A stretch of DNA of 59,786 bases, filler included, from Dugesia japonica (Eukaryota): assembly GCA_001938525.1 (NCBI GenBank). It is 5 parts of 5 records of this genome, joined end to end, with 100 filler letters (N's around TTAATTAATTAA, not from the genome) between each part and the next. Parts side by side here need not be neighbours in the genome. Positions count along the whole stretch, not along the records: positions 1 to 11,253 come from MQRL01599508.1; positions 11,354 to 20,518 come from MQRL01599450.1; 3 more parts are not named here. One strand, written 5' to 3'. Position 1 is the first letter of the stretch. Each line of letters begins with the position of its first letter. The position numbers and the translations under genes were made by a program. Shown piece by piece: positions 1 to 12,705 of this stretch. The notes under the pieces are model-generated. The model was not told the origin of the DNA. It searched no databases and saw only the letters and a list, made by a program, of their open reading frames with translations.

Positions 1-1940
1 ACTCTGGAAAAGCCAAACATGCTCACGATTACCAAAAATAAGAAAAACAGTCAACATGTCTTTATTAGGTAAGAGGCTTATTCAAAGAAAATAAGTTCAT
101 TCGTTCGTCAACCTTATTCGAGAAAATCGATGCTAACGTCAAAGCTTAAGAAGAGCCCATAGCTGCTCCATCAATCAAAAAAATAAGAAATTTCGACATC
201 AAAACCAAATAATTCCACACCAGTTCTTTAGGCAATGCATATTTAGTTTCTAATTCTCTATAAATAGAATCAAAATTTCAATGACTGTAATGAAAACTTT
301 CTCTTTACAAAGTTTTTTAAAAATATTTTAAACAGTTTCTGTAAAATATTGATTTTGTGACTTTGAAAATATTATAATAATGTGTCATTCCATTACGTAT
401 CTATCAATACTAAATTTGTCGCAAGCGGACTATAAATAGAAGAACTGAAACAATTTTCTTACAAATGCGCTATAATCTATCAGGTGGCTACATATAGACC
501 TACTCTTTATTTTGAGAAGGAAACTCTTCACGCCAATGTTTTTTTGGGCTATCTATAGACAAAATTTTGGTTCCATCTCTTTAGCAATAGTTTTGATTTG
601 AAAAAGTGAACATTAACAAGTACGCATTGCAGTTGAGTGTGTCAATGGTTTTTCGCGAATATCGATTAGAACCTTTGGCAAATTCAAATGAAAATAGCAC
701 ATAAATGTATATCAATACAAAATTTAATTCGTTCATAGGAAAAGAACATTGAATTTTTAAAAATCTTATCAATCCTATTTTAAAAATATTCCCACCAAAA
801 ATTTTTATAAAATTTTCATCACGATAACATAATATTTTAGTGGCCACTTGGTATCTGTTGGCGTAAGTGGGTGTTTATATGTGCTCATATCTATCTACTG
901 TNNNNNNNNNNNNNNNNNNNNNNNNNNNNNNNNNNNNNNNNNNNNNNNNNNAAAAGTGAACATTAACAAGTACGCATTGCAGTTGAGTGTGTCAATGGTT
1001 TTTCGCGAATATCGATTAGAACCTTGGGCAAATTCAAATGAAAATAGCACATAAATGTATATCAATACAAAATTTAATTCGTTCAGAGGAAAAGAACATT
1101 GAATTTTTAAAAATCTTATCAATCCTATTTTCCAATCATAATATTTTAGTGGCCACTTGGTATCTGTTGGCGTAAGTGGGTGTTTATATGTGCTCATATC
1201 TATCTACTGTCAAGCAATAAGTACATACAAATAATCTTTATTAATAACTTCCATTTTAAAATTTTAAATTACAACTGATGCGAACAAACAATTGAACAAA
1301 TGTCAAGAAAAGCCTGTTAAAATAAAACACTTTCCTAACATTTTCTAACTGTTTTAAATTTGAAATTTGTCAAGCTATTTATTGAATACATTAATTTCTT
1401 ATTGACTTGAAAAGATTGATACTCAACAATTTACTTTCTTACAATAGTGTTTCTCAACCTTTTTCCCTCTATAGATTACTTCTCAATGCTTAAAAAATGC
1501 TCACTCACATAGGTTCCAATTTAGGACAAGTTGATAACAAGTAACAAAAAGTAAAAATAATGGGCACCTTGTCAGAGTATGCAGGCATGAAAAGAAGATT
1601 CTTACACCGGTACTAATTAACGTTTTAAAAATATTATAATATTTATTGTGAATGATAAAAAAAATACTATAACATTATTAATCATTTCTTTTGAGTTCTA
1701 TTTTATATCCATTAAGAATAATGGTTTTTGCTAAAACTGTTCGGTAGTTTTGAAAATTATTTCATCGAAAATTTATTCAAACTTTCTTTTAACTTCTAAA
1801 ATAGTTAGTCAATAATTCTATCAATGCCATTAATTAAATTAAATATTATTTTCACTCTTCTTAAAATAATTGCAAACTCAGTCTTTGTGCAGTCTGAGTG
1901 AACATTGTATGCATAATTAATAATATTAATTTAATTTTAG

Positions 1941-4900
1941 CTTAGACAATTTGGACTATGAATCCGATTCTTCAGATAAATTCTTATTTTGCCATTTTAA
2001 AAACAAAGATTCAAAGATCGGTTTTTCTCTTATTGGAAATGATCCTATCAGAGTGGATTCAGTGAAATACGGTAAATAAATGATAAAAATGAATGTGAGG
2101 AGGAAAAATAAAAATTTGGATGTGGAAATCTATTTAAATGAATTCATTAATAATTAACTAATAAATTCGGAAATTAATATTTAAAATATTTCCCTTGTCT
2201 TTAATATTTTGCNGCTATAATGTTGTAAATTCTTGTTCGCAAAGTGAAGAACAAGACAAAATATCAAGGGTTCTTCAATAAACTTTAAATTTTTAGAAAG
2301 TCCTTAGTATTAAATGAGACTAAATAGAATTTTAATATGCTACTGTCAGTTTAGGAAAAAATGTTTTATTTATTTATTTTTTCATATTACCTTGAAACTT
2401 GAGGCAGAAATAATTCTGTAGAATTATTTTGTGAAAATGTAAATCAGTATAATAATGATATTTACCTGTACAGTAAGTAATTTATACTTCATAAGTAATT
2501 AAAGTGATAATATTAAACGTTAGTACTGTTGATTTTGCGTTAACTGCTTTTAAGCTGAAAATAAAGAATTTACATAATTTAATTTTGATTGGGGTATTTA
2601 TAAATAAAAAAGAGATACTTAATTCAAAATATTTGAGAAACATTGTTGTAAATCATTATTTCTGTAAATATTTTATGATAACAGATAACAAAAATAGAAC
2701 TATTTATTATCACATCTATAAAGAACTTGTCTATTATGTGCTTAGCAAATCGAAAAGATTGTCAGTGACATTAATTTGTGAATATTTATTTAGTGATCAT
2801 GTACTTCTTTATAGTTAAAGTTAAAGTTGAATTATAAAAATCTTGAATAAGTAATTTCTAAATAAAATGAAAATTCAATCATTAATCACTAAAACTAGCA
2901 GTTTCTGAGTTATAATTCCGTCAAAACAAATGAGACAATTTTTTAATGAAACATGGAAATATATATGTATATTGAAATAATTTCAATGATTAATAAAAGT
3001 TTCTTCTATAAATATCTTGGACCCATTTTTGGAAAAATTAAAAATAATTAGAATGGAAGCCTAAATAAAGATATACAATACTATTAGAAAGTTCATGTCT
3101 GAAGATTATTTTCAGTTCAGAAGATACAAGCTTCTCAATACCTTACTCATTCCATACTTATTTGTAAGAGGAAAAAAATATCCTCCAAATTAATTTTCAA
3201 TATTTATTAAAATAACAAATGAAAAACTAAACTGTCTGATTACTCAAGATATATATATATATATATATATATATAAATTATTTTAATTAATTATTTTATT
3301 AATTATATTCATAATACAAATGAAGATGGCGAAGATGAAGAAGAAGAAAACAATGATGAACAAAAAATCGATTTGTTCTTCATACTGCAGTTAGTTGGTT
3401 GTCAAAAAGCAACTAATTGGCAAGATTTATAGAATTATTTTACAGTATCCTACAATTATTTGAATCAAGTGGTGACATTATCTTTGTGAATAATTGAAAG
3501 CTGCAAAAAATATCCGTTCTATCTAACAGGAATATTCCAAAAATTTAATTATATCATTTTGAAACTACAAGAACAACTTGTAGCATTAGTCGATTCCAAG
3601 AAGGCCATTGTCACATTTATTCAGACGTTGACATTGTATCGACATTATATTCTTCGTCGAGAATTTTATCAATTTCTAATACTGAACTCAGTGAGTGATG
3701 AAGTCAATACTAATGACATTGTGAAATTTAACAAGCATATGAAATCCTTGGAAACTGATATGTCAGCTCGCTTTTGCGATTTGATTGAGCTGCACGTACC
3801 TACATGGATGGTTGACTCATTAAAGGCAACTGTTTTGGATTTTGAAAAGCAGGTTCAAGAAGAATTGTTGGAATTTCTAAATGATTCAGTATTACATCCC
3901 ATTTACAGCAAAGGTAGACATACCAAAATTTGCCAGCTCAAAGAAATCTCAACTCTCTATCCAAATTTATGGCAGAAAATGAAATTGCTCATATTGGAAT
4001 TTCACCCATCTTACCTCGTCAAGTGTGGATTCAGTTCACTAACTAATCTCCTCACCAATCAAAGAAGTAATCTGGATATTGCTAAGAGGCGTGATTTGAG
4101 ACTGCTTCTCATTCACCTGAAACCAGACATTAAGTCTTTGGCATCACGCAAACACCAACTATTTAAAGCAAACTCGTAGATAAATCACCTACTTCACAAG
4201 GTAGCATTCATGACGCAATACTTCACCGATCTGCCTGCCACAAGTAGCACTCAAACCATTCTGAATATGGATGCATAAAATAATGATGATGATGCAACTT
4301 CATTTGATATTGATGACAATTGCACCTAGTCAATGACGTTGTAGGTGTGTAAATAAAGTTTAATATTTTTTCGTTTTTTTGTTTCTACCTCAAGTACAAT
4401 TTAGTGGGATGGTTTCGAACACGAAAATGATAGGAATACAAGCATGCACTGAAACTATGGATTTCGAGTCACCGGCTCTATTTCGAAGATCTAGCTAAAG
4501 GGCGCTATATTAAATTCTTACCGGGTTCTACTTGGCGACTACACCCCCCGTATTACAATAAAACACCCAACTCAGACGGAACCCCAAACAGTATATTAAA
4601 TAACTGAATTGTCATATTCCATAAAGGTTGTATAAGGGAAAGTTAAAAGACTCAGTTGAATTTCTGGGATAAAGAATATGTACAAATTATATAGTTTAAA
4701 GTTTTAATATGATTTGTTTTGATTCTTATTGTCTATTGTTTTTGTGATATCCCATGAAACAATATTTACCTTAAAAGATTAATAGGTTAATATTTTATAA
4801 ATAAATTTATAGCTTGTCTTATTCGAATTCTCTCTTATTGTATAAATTAGCTCTTCTTAAATTATGAGATGTGATCAATTTAGAATAGCGAAGAAAATAT

Positions 4901-7900
4901 TTGGGGTTTGAAAGAAAAATGTTCAAGTTAAACTAAATTCGAGCATTTAAATTTCAGTTTATACACAATTACAGTTGTGAGAATGATATTTGAATTTTTC
5001 GATTTCAAATTTATATGTGAAATTAAAATATTTATAAAGTTTTTGAAATTTAAAATATTTCAAGAAAATTATTAAAATAAATATTGCGTATATTTGTTTG
5101 AATATTAAAACTATTCTAATTCAGTTTTTTAATTTATAGAAACTTTGTCATAAATAAATGTTGGATAAAGATAGCGTTTTTCTTGCTAATATGGCAACCA
5201 CGTCAGGCTCAAATTTAGTGGTAGATTTGTTACGCCTGAAACCTTTCAAGTTANGTGACAATCTTGACAGATTCTTGAGGAACGTCTGTCGATTNTTCAA
5301 AGCGGCCCAAATTCCCAAAGATTTTCAAGACATTGTAATCGGTAAGATTATTGACCCGAATCTTGAAGAAAGATATGAAGCATCAGAAAACAAAGTAAAG
5401 GGATATGAACCTAGGCTACGACTACTGGTGGAAAGACCAAGAGACGTTTTTGAAGACCTAGAAGAATTCATTCGTTACAGACAGGGTGATGAATGTAACA
5501 GTTCAGAAACCAACAGGTTAAAGTCCGGCAGAAACGGTGTTTGGTAAAACATTCAGCAGAGAAAGATGGTTTCTACTTAGACAACTAGAGTTCGAGAAGG
5601 TAGACAATATACCGAAGGTTACGGACCCAACCAGGAGAATATTCGCTATTGGAGATTCAGTGCTTATCAAGGAGGAAACAAGAAATATGGATAATGATCG
5701 TTTTGTAGGTCTATTCTTATTAGTAAAAAATATACATGACCGAAGATATTTGATTCGAGATGATCTGGGTCGGACAATGGAAAGAAATATTGAAAAGATC
5801 AAAAGATGTCTTAAAGAAGGGGGATATGAGAATGATATTTGAATTCTTTGATTTCGAGTTTATATGCGCAATTAAAATTTTTATAAACTTTTTGAAATTT
5901 GAAATATTTCAAGAAAATTATTAAAATAATTATTGAATATTAAAACTATTCTAATTCAGTTTTTCAATTTATAGAAACTTTGTCATAAATAAATGTTGGA
6001 TGAAGATAGCGTGTTTCTTGCTAATAACGACCATTGCATTAACAATGTAAGAATTTCCAAAATGATCGATTGGCTGTGTTTATCTAACACATTGAAGACG
6101 AATCATGTTTTTTCACGTTTTTCTCACGTTTTTTTCAAACCGTTGGAGATGAGTCACATTTTTTTCACGTTTATTAGAATTTCAAGAAACAAAGTATAAA
6201 AACTACAATTATAAATAAATAAAATAGTATAACTAACAATTGTTTTTATAAGCAAATATGTGCATTATATAGTTGGATACTAAAAACTCCTTATATTCAA
6301 TTTATTAAAGAGAAAAGTAAGAGTATGTGAAAGTATTCGAGTAAATAGAGAACTACCATCAGATTTCAAATCAAAAGAACTAAAATTGAAACGATTTGAA
6401 ACGATCTTTAGAAGAAATAATGAAATTCTGCTACTTTCATGGAAGAATAAAAGATTAGTTCATATGAATTCAACAATTCATGAAGCTAGTACAATTGAAA
6501 AAAAATTTCGAAATTGTATTACAAAAACGAAGCCTATTTGTATCGACAGATATAATACTTTCATGAAAAGAGTGAATAGAGCGGATCAATATTTGTCTTA
6601 TTATTCAATACTCCATAAAACACTCAAGTATTCAAAAAAATAGTGTTTTGGATAATAAATTGCACACTGTTCAATTCATTCACAGTATAAAACAAGCTAA
6701 ATGGTACACAGAGAGTAAAATATAAGAAATCTTTACTGCAAGTTGCAAAATAATGAGCTAATAATGATTCTAGAAGAAGTCACAGATATGACACAAACTG
6801 TAACTTCTACAGTTAGCATTCATGCTGCTTTTTACGATCCACTAGGACGATTGCCTAGAAATATGCGATTACATGTTTTAGAGAAAACTGTATAGAAAAA
6901 GTGTATAGACAACAACGCGTTGTTGTTTTTGTANNNNNNNNNNNNNNNNNNNNNNNNNNNNNNNNNNNNNNNNNNNNNNNNNNNNNNNNNNNNNAAGTTT
7001 CTTTATTCAATAGCAATAACATTGTGTCACGATCATTACTGGTTAAATGAAAAAAAGATGCTTTCGAAGAAATTTACAATTGGAGAAAATATTTCTAATT
7101 ATATTACCGAATTCGAAAAAGTTGGCGAAGAACAAAAAATCGGGGATCCAACACAACGCTCAGAGAAGTTATTGAAAATTTTAGAAGAAGAAGAATATTT
7201 TGAACTCCAATCAATTTCAGAGTTTAAATCTAATAAATCAAATTATGAATGGCTGAAGACAAAGTTATTTTAATTATATCAAATCAGTATCTAACTGCCA
7301 TCGGAGTTGCTGGAATTCGGGGAATACCAGATTATGATGAATTTAATAGAGAAAAAACTCTCTTATCAATATTTTTGAAAGGGCTTAATAACCGTTTGGC
7401 AGCCAGAGCCACGGAAATTATGAAACCAAATATTCTGGAAGAAGCTTTTAATTTGATTAATAAGGAAGACAAAACTCGACATAATGGTAAATTGCGAATT
7501 ATTAACAATGATTTTAACACAGAAAAATGGCAAGAAATGTAAATCTTAAAACGGAGAATAATTGAGCTTGAAAAGTGTATAAAGAATATACAAAGAAACC
7601 ATGAAACAGATTCTCCAAAGTATGCAGTTCAAAAGATCAAACAAGAACTAAATGTTATCATTGCAATGGGAAAGGTTATATTGCTCGAAATTGTAATAAA
7701 CCATTGCTATGCAGAAACTGTAACACATTCGGACACATATCTCGATTTTTTCAAGCAGAAAAAAGTTCTAATATTCAGAAAGAAACTTTTCGAAGACTAG
7801 AAGAAACGATTGACAATTCGGATATTGAGTTTGATGAAGCCAGTTGTGATTATGAAAAGAAATCTGAAGATAATAATGAATTTTTCAAAATTGTTTCAAA

Positions 7901-10900
7901 AGGAAGGAAAATCGAAAGACAAAAGGAAACAAAAAGAAATATCAATTATCCAGACGATATTATTAAGTTGGATGAGTATATTCAAGGTTCAAGACACAAA
8001 TTTCTAATGAACAAACGACAAAGAACAATGATATCAGATACAAGAAGTGAATCCGCAGCAGATTATTTGACTGCCAATGTAGAAATTGACAAGATGAATT
8101 TTCAGAATAACTTTAAAAAACAAAGCGAGAGGATTACAGAAAGGAGAAAATAGATTCCAAAAGAAATGAAAGCAGAAAATCAGAATACTACATTATAGAA
8201 AGGAGATTGGGTAATGGTAAAAACAGAAGAGAGAGGGTTACTTTAAAAAGATATACAGGGCCGTGAATGGTAAGCAAGTTTCTCAGTAATGATAATTTAG
8301 AATTAGATGATGGAATGAAAGTAATTCGTCGAAATCTTCACCAAATAAAACGATTCAATGGAGAATTCGGAAATAAAAAAGAAATAATTGAAGAATCAAT
8401 CATTAGTACCGGTTCTAGGACAATTTCTTTCCGGACAATTTCCCTTGGATAATATCCCCCAGACAATATCCCCGGAAAATTATTTAATTATATAATTTCT
8501 TTTCAATTGCAAGTTATAATTATTACAAATAACTATTTATGACGAAATAATAAAAATTTTGAGGAAAGTAAAATATTTTTTTCTTTTCAATTCCAAGTTN
8601 NNNNNNNNNNNNNNNNNNNNNNNNNNNNNNNNNNNNNNNNNNNNNNNNNNNNNNNNNNNNNNNNNNNNNNNNNNNNNNNNNNNNNNNNNNNNNNNNNNNN
8701 NNNNNNNNNNNNNNNNNNNNNNNNNNNNNNNNNNNNNNNNNNNNNNNNNNNNNNNNNNNNNNNNAATAGTTTACTTGTAAGTTTAATTTTAAATATTAAT
8801 TAATATAATTATTTTTTTCAGATCATTATTAATTGAAATAATGGAATATATTATGTCCGAGAAAGGAAAAGAAAAACTTCTACTTGAAAAAATTCTTGCT
8901 AGAAATATGAGAGCAGTATTCTTGAATTGTAATAATCATAAGCGAAATTTGGCCGGAACACACTGGCTACATAAGATCCAGTCGTTATCACATTTCTGGA
9001 AATGCTCAAGCCATATATGCAATTTTTCTCGTTATACTATTCGATGGGGGATATTAAAACAAAAACTAAAGTTAACATTAAAGCAAGATTCAAAAATATG
9101 CTAGAGCACACAAACAGTTATTCATCAAGGACTGGATGAACTAGTAACCTTTTTGGAAGAATTATCAGAAGACCCAGAAACTTTAAGCGATGCAGCATAA
9201 TTGCTATCAAATATTTCCAATTTTTCGTTTTAGTAAATTTTTGGCACGTCATTTTGAAAGAAATTAATAGAAGTCAGATGCGTTTGCAAGATCCTACCAT
9301 AAATTTCAAAGAGGCAGCAACTGATTTTTAATCCCTGGAATCAAATCTAGACTATGTGATGACTTGTGTGATGATTCAATTAAATTAGTGAAATTGAGAT
9401 TCATAGATTGGGGAGTGAAAATAATTAAATTATTGAGAAAACGTCGAAAATTGTCTCGGGAACTATCGAACAATGTACAACTTTCAGTAAAGAGGAGATA
9501 TCACACGCAGTGAAAGGAGTGTTCGGTCTATTGTAGCTAGAAGTAATAAATCAATATTCCACGCTAAAAGACTAAAAAAATTTGAATTTTTGCTAGACTT
9601 CGAAGCACTCCTTTCCAAAAATATGAAAATAAATTCGCCAAAATTGCACAAATACAATCTTGGAATAATAGACGAATTCATTGTTGCCTAGACAAGACGA
9701 AGAAACAATACGAAAAGCTATTTCTGAAAAGTGAATATTGAAATTTAGATATCCAAGAGAGCTAAAACTGAATTTTGGAATAACCTTTGAATCAAGAGTT
9801 ATGGTAGAGTTTAAACAGAGGCTATATATTAAACTTTACTTTTCGAGTCCTTATTATTACAACACAAACGGACAAATCAAAAGACAGTTTAAGACAATTC
9901 GAGATTTAATTAATACCACACTTCATAAAAAAAGAACAATATATTTGGGAGACTTATTGCCGGAAATAGAATTTACTAACAAACCAGAAAACAACTAGAA
10001 AGAGCCCGGTTGAGATCATATTTAGAAAGAAAATTATGAGAGAAAAGTGGTTCGAATCAGAAGTTTCATAAAGAACAATAAGAAAAGATTTCAAAAGTAA
10101 CTACTAATATATTAGAATTCAAAATATTATACTGTATTATCATAAAGATAGAGACAAGAAATAAAAGCCAATGTATATTTGAAGGTACTTGTCGAATAAT
10201 TGAGAAAATTCATGAAAGACGTTAAGCGATACAAGAAGAAAGTGCAAAGCGATTGGAGAGAAATGTAGAAAACTTTTAAAGTTTCTTAAGAAGGAGATAT
10301 AAGGAAACAATGAATAAAATTAAAAAATAGTAAGGGATTAAAATAATTTATTAATGTGTTCAGTTCTACTTGCCATATATTTATTAACTTGGATATACAT
10401 TAATAGTGGATATAAATATTTTTGAAATTAATAGTTCTCATTTAGAAAATAAATTATCATTGGAATATTTACCTAGCATACATTATTATATATTATAATT
10501 TATACATAATTTAACACTTTCTTTAAACTGTCAATTATAATTTTCAATTTTAATCCTTGCAGGTATCATTCCTTACATGAGTAATTTATGATAAATTTTC
10601 TATTAAAAATACAGTTCTATATATGACATTGTCTTATACTTGCTAAATTAATGTATATGTTCACTAATTAAAATTAAATAAGTAAACAAATATAAAAACT
10701 CATGTATATATTTTAAATTTCTGAATTAATATATAACTACCCTAAACTGTTGGAAAAACTGTAATGGAACCATTTGTAGTTCATTAAAATTGTAAATTAA
10801 AATAAGTAAACATTTTACAAAACATTTTTACGGTAATACTATAATTTAGGTTCCTTGGGCTGGGAAAGTGGTTTACAAACTGGTGATATTATAAGAAGAG

Positions 10901-11003
10901 TAATGGAAAATATACATTTAATGTTGAGTGATAATTTACTTTCAGGTTAATGGATTTAACGTGAGAAATTGTTCTCAATTATTAGTTGCCAAATTAATAA
11001 AAA
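1941..11003 (+). CDS. PDZ-domain protein, internal exons 1941-2071, 10850-10899, 10946-11003 (partial gene)
   Basis: AG/GT-bounded exons splice in frame to ...KIGFSLIGNDPIRVDSVKY-G-SLGWESGLQTGDIIRR-VNGFNVRNCSQLLVAKLIK. This is a complete PDZ pattern (GFSL loop, GLxxGD, VNG) resembling delphilin/RGS3/RGS12-type PDZs. Introns are 2072-10849 and 10900-10945. Confidence 0.85.
3510..4179 (+). mobile_element. hAT (Buster/SCAND3/ZBED-like) transposase C-terminal remnant
   Basis: ORF 3559-4179: LYPNLW...PSYLVKCGFSSLTNLLTNQRSNLDIAKRRDLRLLL..LKPDI matches the hAT dimerisation-domain pattern FPSSYLVERGFS...RGDLRL. Confidence 0.8.
4976..6026 (+). mobile_element. Internally deleted Ty3/Gypsy element with both LTRs (TRIM-like, about 1.05 kb)
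   Basis: Direct repeats of about 200 bp at 4976-5191 and 5825-6026. PBS-like TGGCAACCA follows the first and polypurine AAAGAAGGGGGA precedes the second. Inside, a gag N-terminus is joined to an integrase C-terminal (GPY/F-like) piece. Confidence 0.8.
6290..6930 (+). mobile_element. piggyBac transposase remnant (PGBD4-like)
   Basis: IRVNR..., LLSWKNKRLVHMNSTIH, KPICIDRYNTFMKRVNRADQYLSYY (YN..MGGVD.ADQ motif), INCTLFNSF; contains stops and frameshifts. Confidence 0.8.
7020..8405 (+). mobile_element. Degenerate Ty3/Gypsy element (gag with zinc knuckles joined to integrase C-terminus)
   Basis: Gag-like ORFs, CYHCNGKGYIARNC and CRNCNTFGHISR knuckles, then GDWVMVK...RRNLHQIKRF integrase tail. 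Confidence 0.7.
8410..8890 (+). mobile_element. Probable Mutator-like (FLYWCH/MULE) element 5' end
   Basis: Tandem GGACAAT(T/A)TCCCC-like subterminal repeats at 8417-8480, followed by MEYIMSEKGKEKLL, which resembles the start of FLYWCH domains. Confidence 0.5.
8890..9480 (+). mobile_element. hAT transposase remnant (ZMYM1/THAP12-like)
   Basis: AVFLNCNNHKRNLAG (CxxHxLNL), IRWGILK, and FWHVILKEINRSQMRLQDP motifs, frameshifted. Confidence 0.7.
9670..10400 (+). mobile_element. Ty3/Gypsy integrase remnant with PPT and probable 3' LTR
   Basis: KFRYPREL...GITFES, FSSPYYYNTNGQIKRQFKTIRD (HPQ.NG.VER core). Purine tract AAGAAGGAGA near 10288. Confidence 0.7.
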
Positions 11004-11253
11004 GTGAGCTTTTCAGAATTAAAAAATAAATAACATTCAATAAATATTAAATAATACATAAAACAATTGATTATTTAAATGAATGAGTTATTAGCATTTG
11101 TTAGAAAAATAGTCCGAAGACAATTTATTTCCGATTAAAAAAACCATCAGTTTACACATTTTATTTAATAAAATACGGAATATTTTATTTAAAATAAAAT
11201 ACCAAATAGAATTGATCTTCAAATAAAATTAATTTTAAACAAATTTCATTTGT

Positions 11254-11353
11254 NNNNNNNNNNNNNNNNNNNNNNNNNNNNNNNNNNNNNNNNNNNNTTA
11301 ATTAATTAANNNNNNNNNNNNNNNNNNNNNNNNNNNNNNNNNNNNNNNNNNNN
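11254..11353. other. Artificial scaffolding linker N44-TTAATTAATTAA-N44 (also cores at 20563-20574, 32954-32965, 43992-44003)
   Basis: The same roughly 100-nt spacer occurs four times. The palindromic core has stops in all six frames. Confidence 0.95.
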
Positions 11354-12424
11354 AGCATTAATAATAAATAATTTAAGCTAAAATTACTTACTACTCTCAA
11401 ATCATTTCAAACATGTGATTAAATAGTGAAATAGTTAAACAAATAATATATCTTTTAATTAAAAATTAAAAAAGATTTCGATTACATGTAAACCAATGCT
11501 CTGTTTAACTGTAAATTTGGCAGGTAAAAACTTGCTGAAATGGATTACACACATACAAAATATTTTTGATTTAAACTAATACCCTGTATTTATATATTTG
11601 AAAGAAACATTGAAGTTAAAGATGCACCTATAAGATTACCAATTTTCTAAGCCTATTTCCTTTAATACCTAAAGTATAGCTTAATCAAAGATTTATCATT
11701 TCAATATAATAGAACATTGATAGATTAAATTCAGATCAAAATACACAACATTACAACTCATTAAAAGCATCCAACTGAACTACTAACGTTTAGGTTAAAA
11801 ATAATATTCAAAACTTTATTTGAATGCTGCAAATTAATAAAATTAAAATAAAATTATATAAATAAAAAATAATAATAATGAATGAGTATAAATATAATAA
11901 TGAAAATAAAAATTTCGATAATGATGGTTATTATTATAATTTAATTTGTGAAAGTATTATCAAAGACCCAGATAAGTTTAGTAACGTATTAAATATTGTA
12001 TTCTGAAAGNNNNNNNNNNNNNNNNNNNNNNNNNNNNNNNNNNNNNNNNNNNNNNNNNNTACTAACGTTTAGGTTAAAAATAATATTCAAAACTTTATTT
12101 GAATGCTGCAAATTAATAAAATTAAAATAAAATGATATAAATAAAAAATAATAATAATGAATGAATATAAATATAATAATGAAAATAAAAATTTCGATAA
12201 TGATGGTTATTATAATAATTTAATTTGTGAAAGTATTATCAAAGACCCAGATAAGTTTAGTAACGTATTAAATATTGTATTCTGAAAGATTTAAACAATT
12301 TCAAAGAGAGTAGTATAAATCTAAAAATGACTCTTTGAANNNNNNNNNNNTTTCACAGTCTTATAAAATCATAAATATATTTTGTAATAAGTCTGAAACA
12401 TCAATTTAATTGTGTTCTGGTCCT

Positions 12425-12705
12425 ATTTATACATATTATTATCCAGTTTGTACATATAAATGTTATGGGTGTAATGCCACATACTGTAGAGAAGCTTCCG
12501 GTAATCTCTTTACAAGAATTCAAGGACATCGTCGAGTTGATAGTGAAGTAATATTGCTGAACATAATAGTAATTGTAAATCATTTATCAACAAATAATTT
12601 TTAAATTTTATGCAGAAACATTAAAAATTAATTGGAGAGAGTTATGTGTAAAGCGTTGATGATTAAATCAATTGATTCCAAAATTAGTGTTCAAACAGGT
12701 CTTTC
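12425..12705 (+). mobile_element. Penelope-like element GIY-YIG endonuclease remnant
   Basis: TYKCYGCNATYCREASGNLFTRIQGH (Y.C..C...YIGET.R.L..R..EH), then F*IL...ERVMCKALMIKSIDSKISVQ. Confidence 0.7.
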
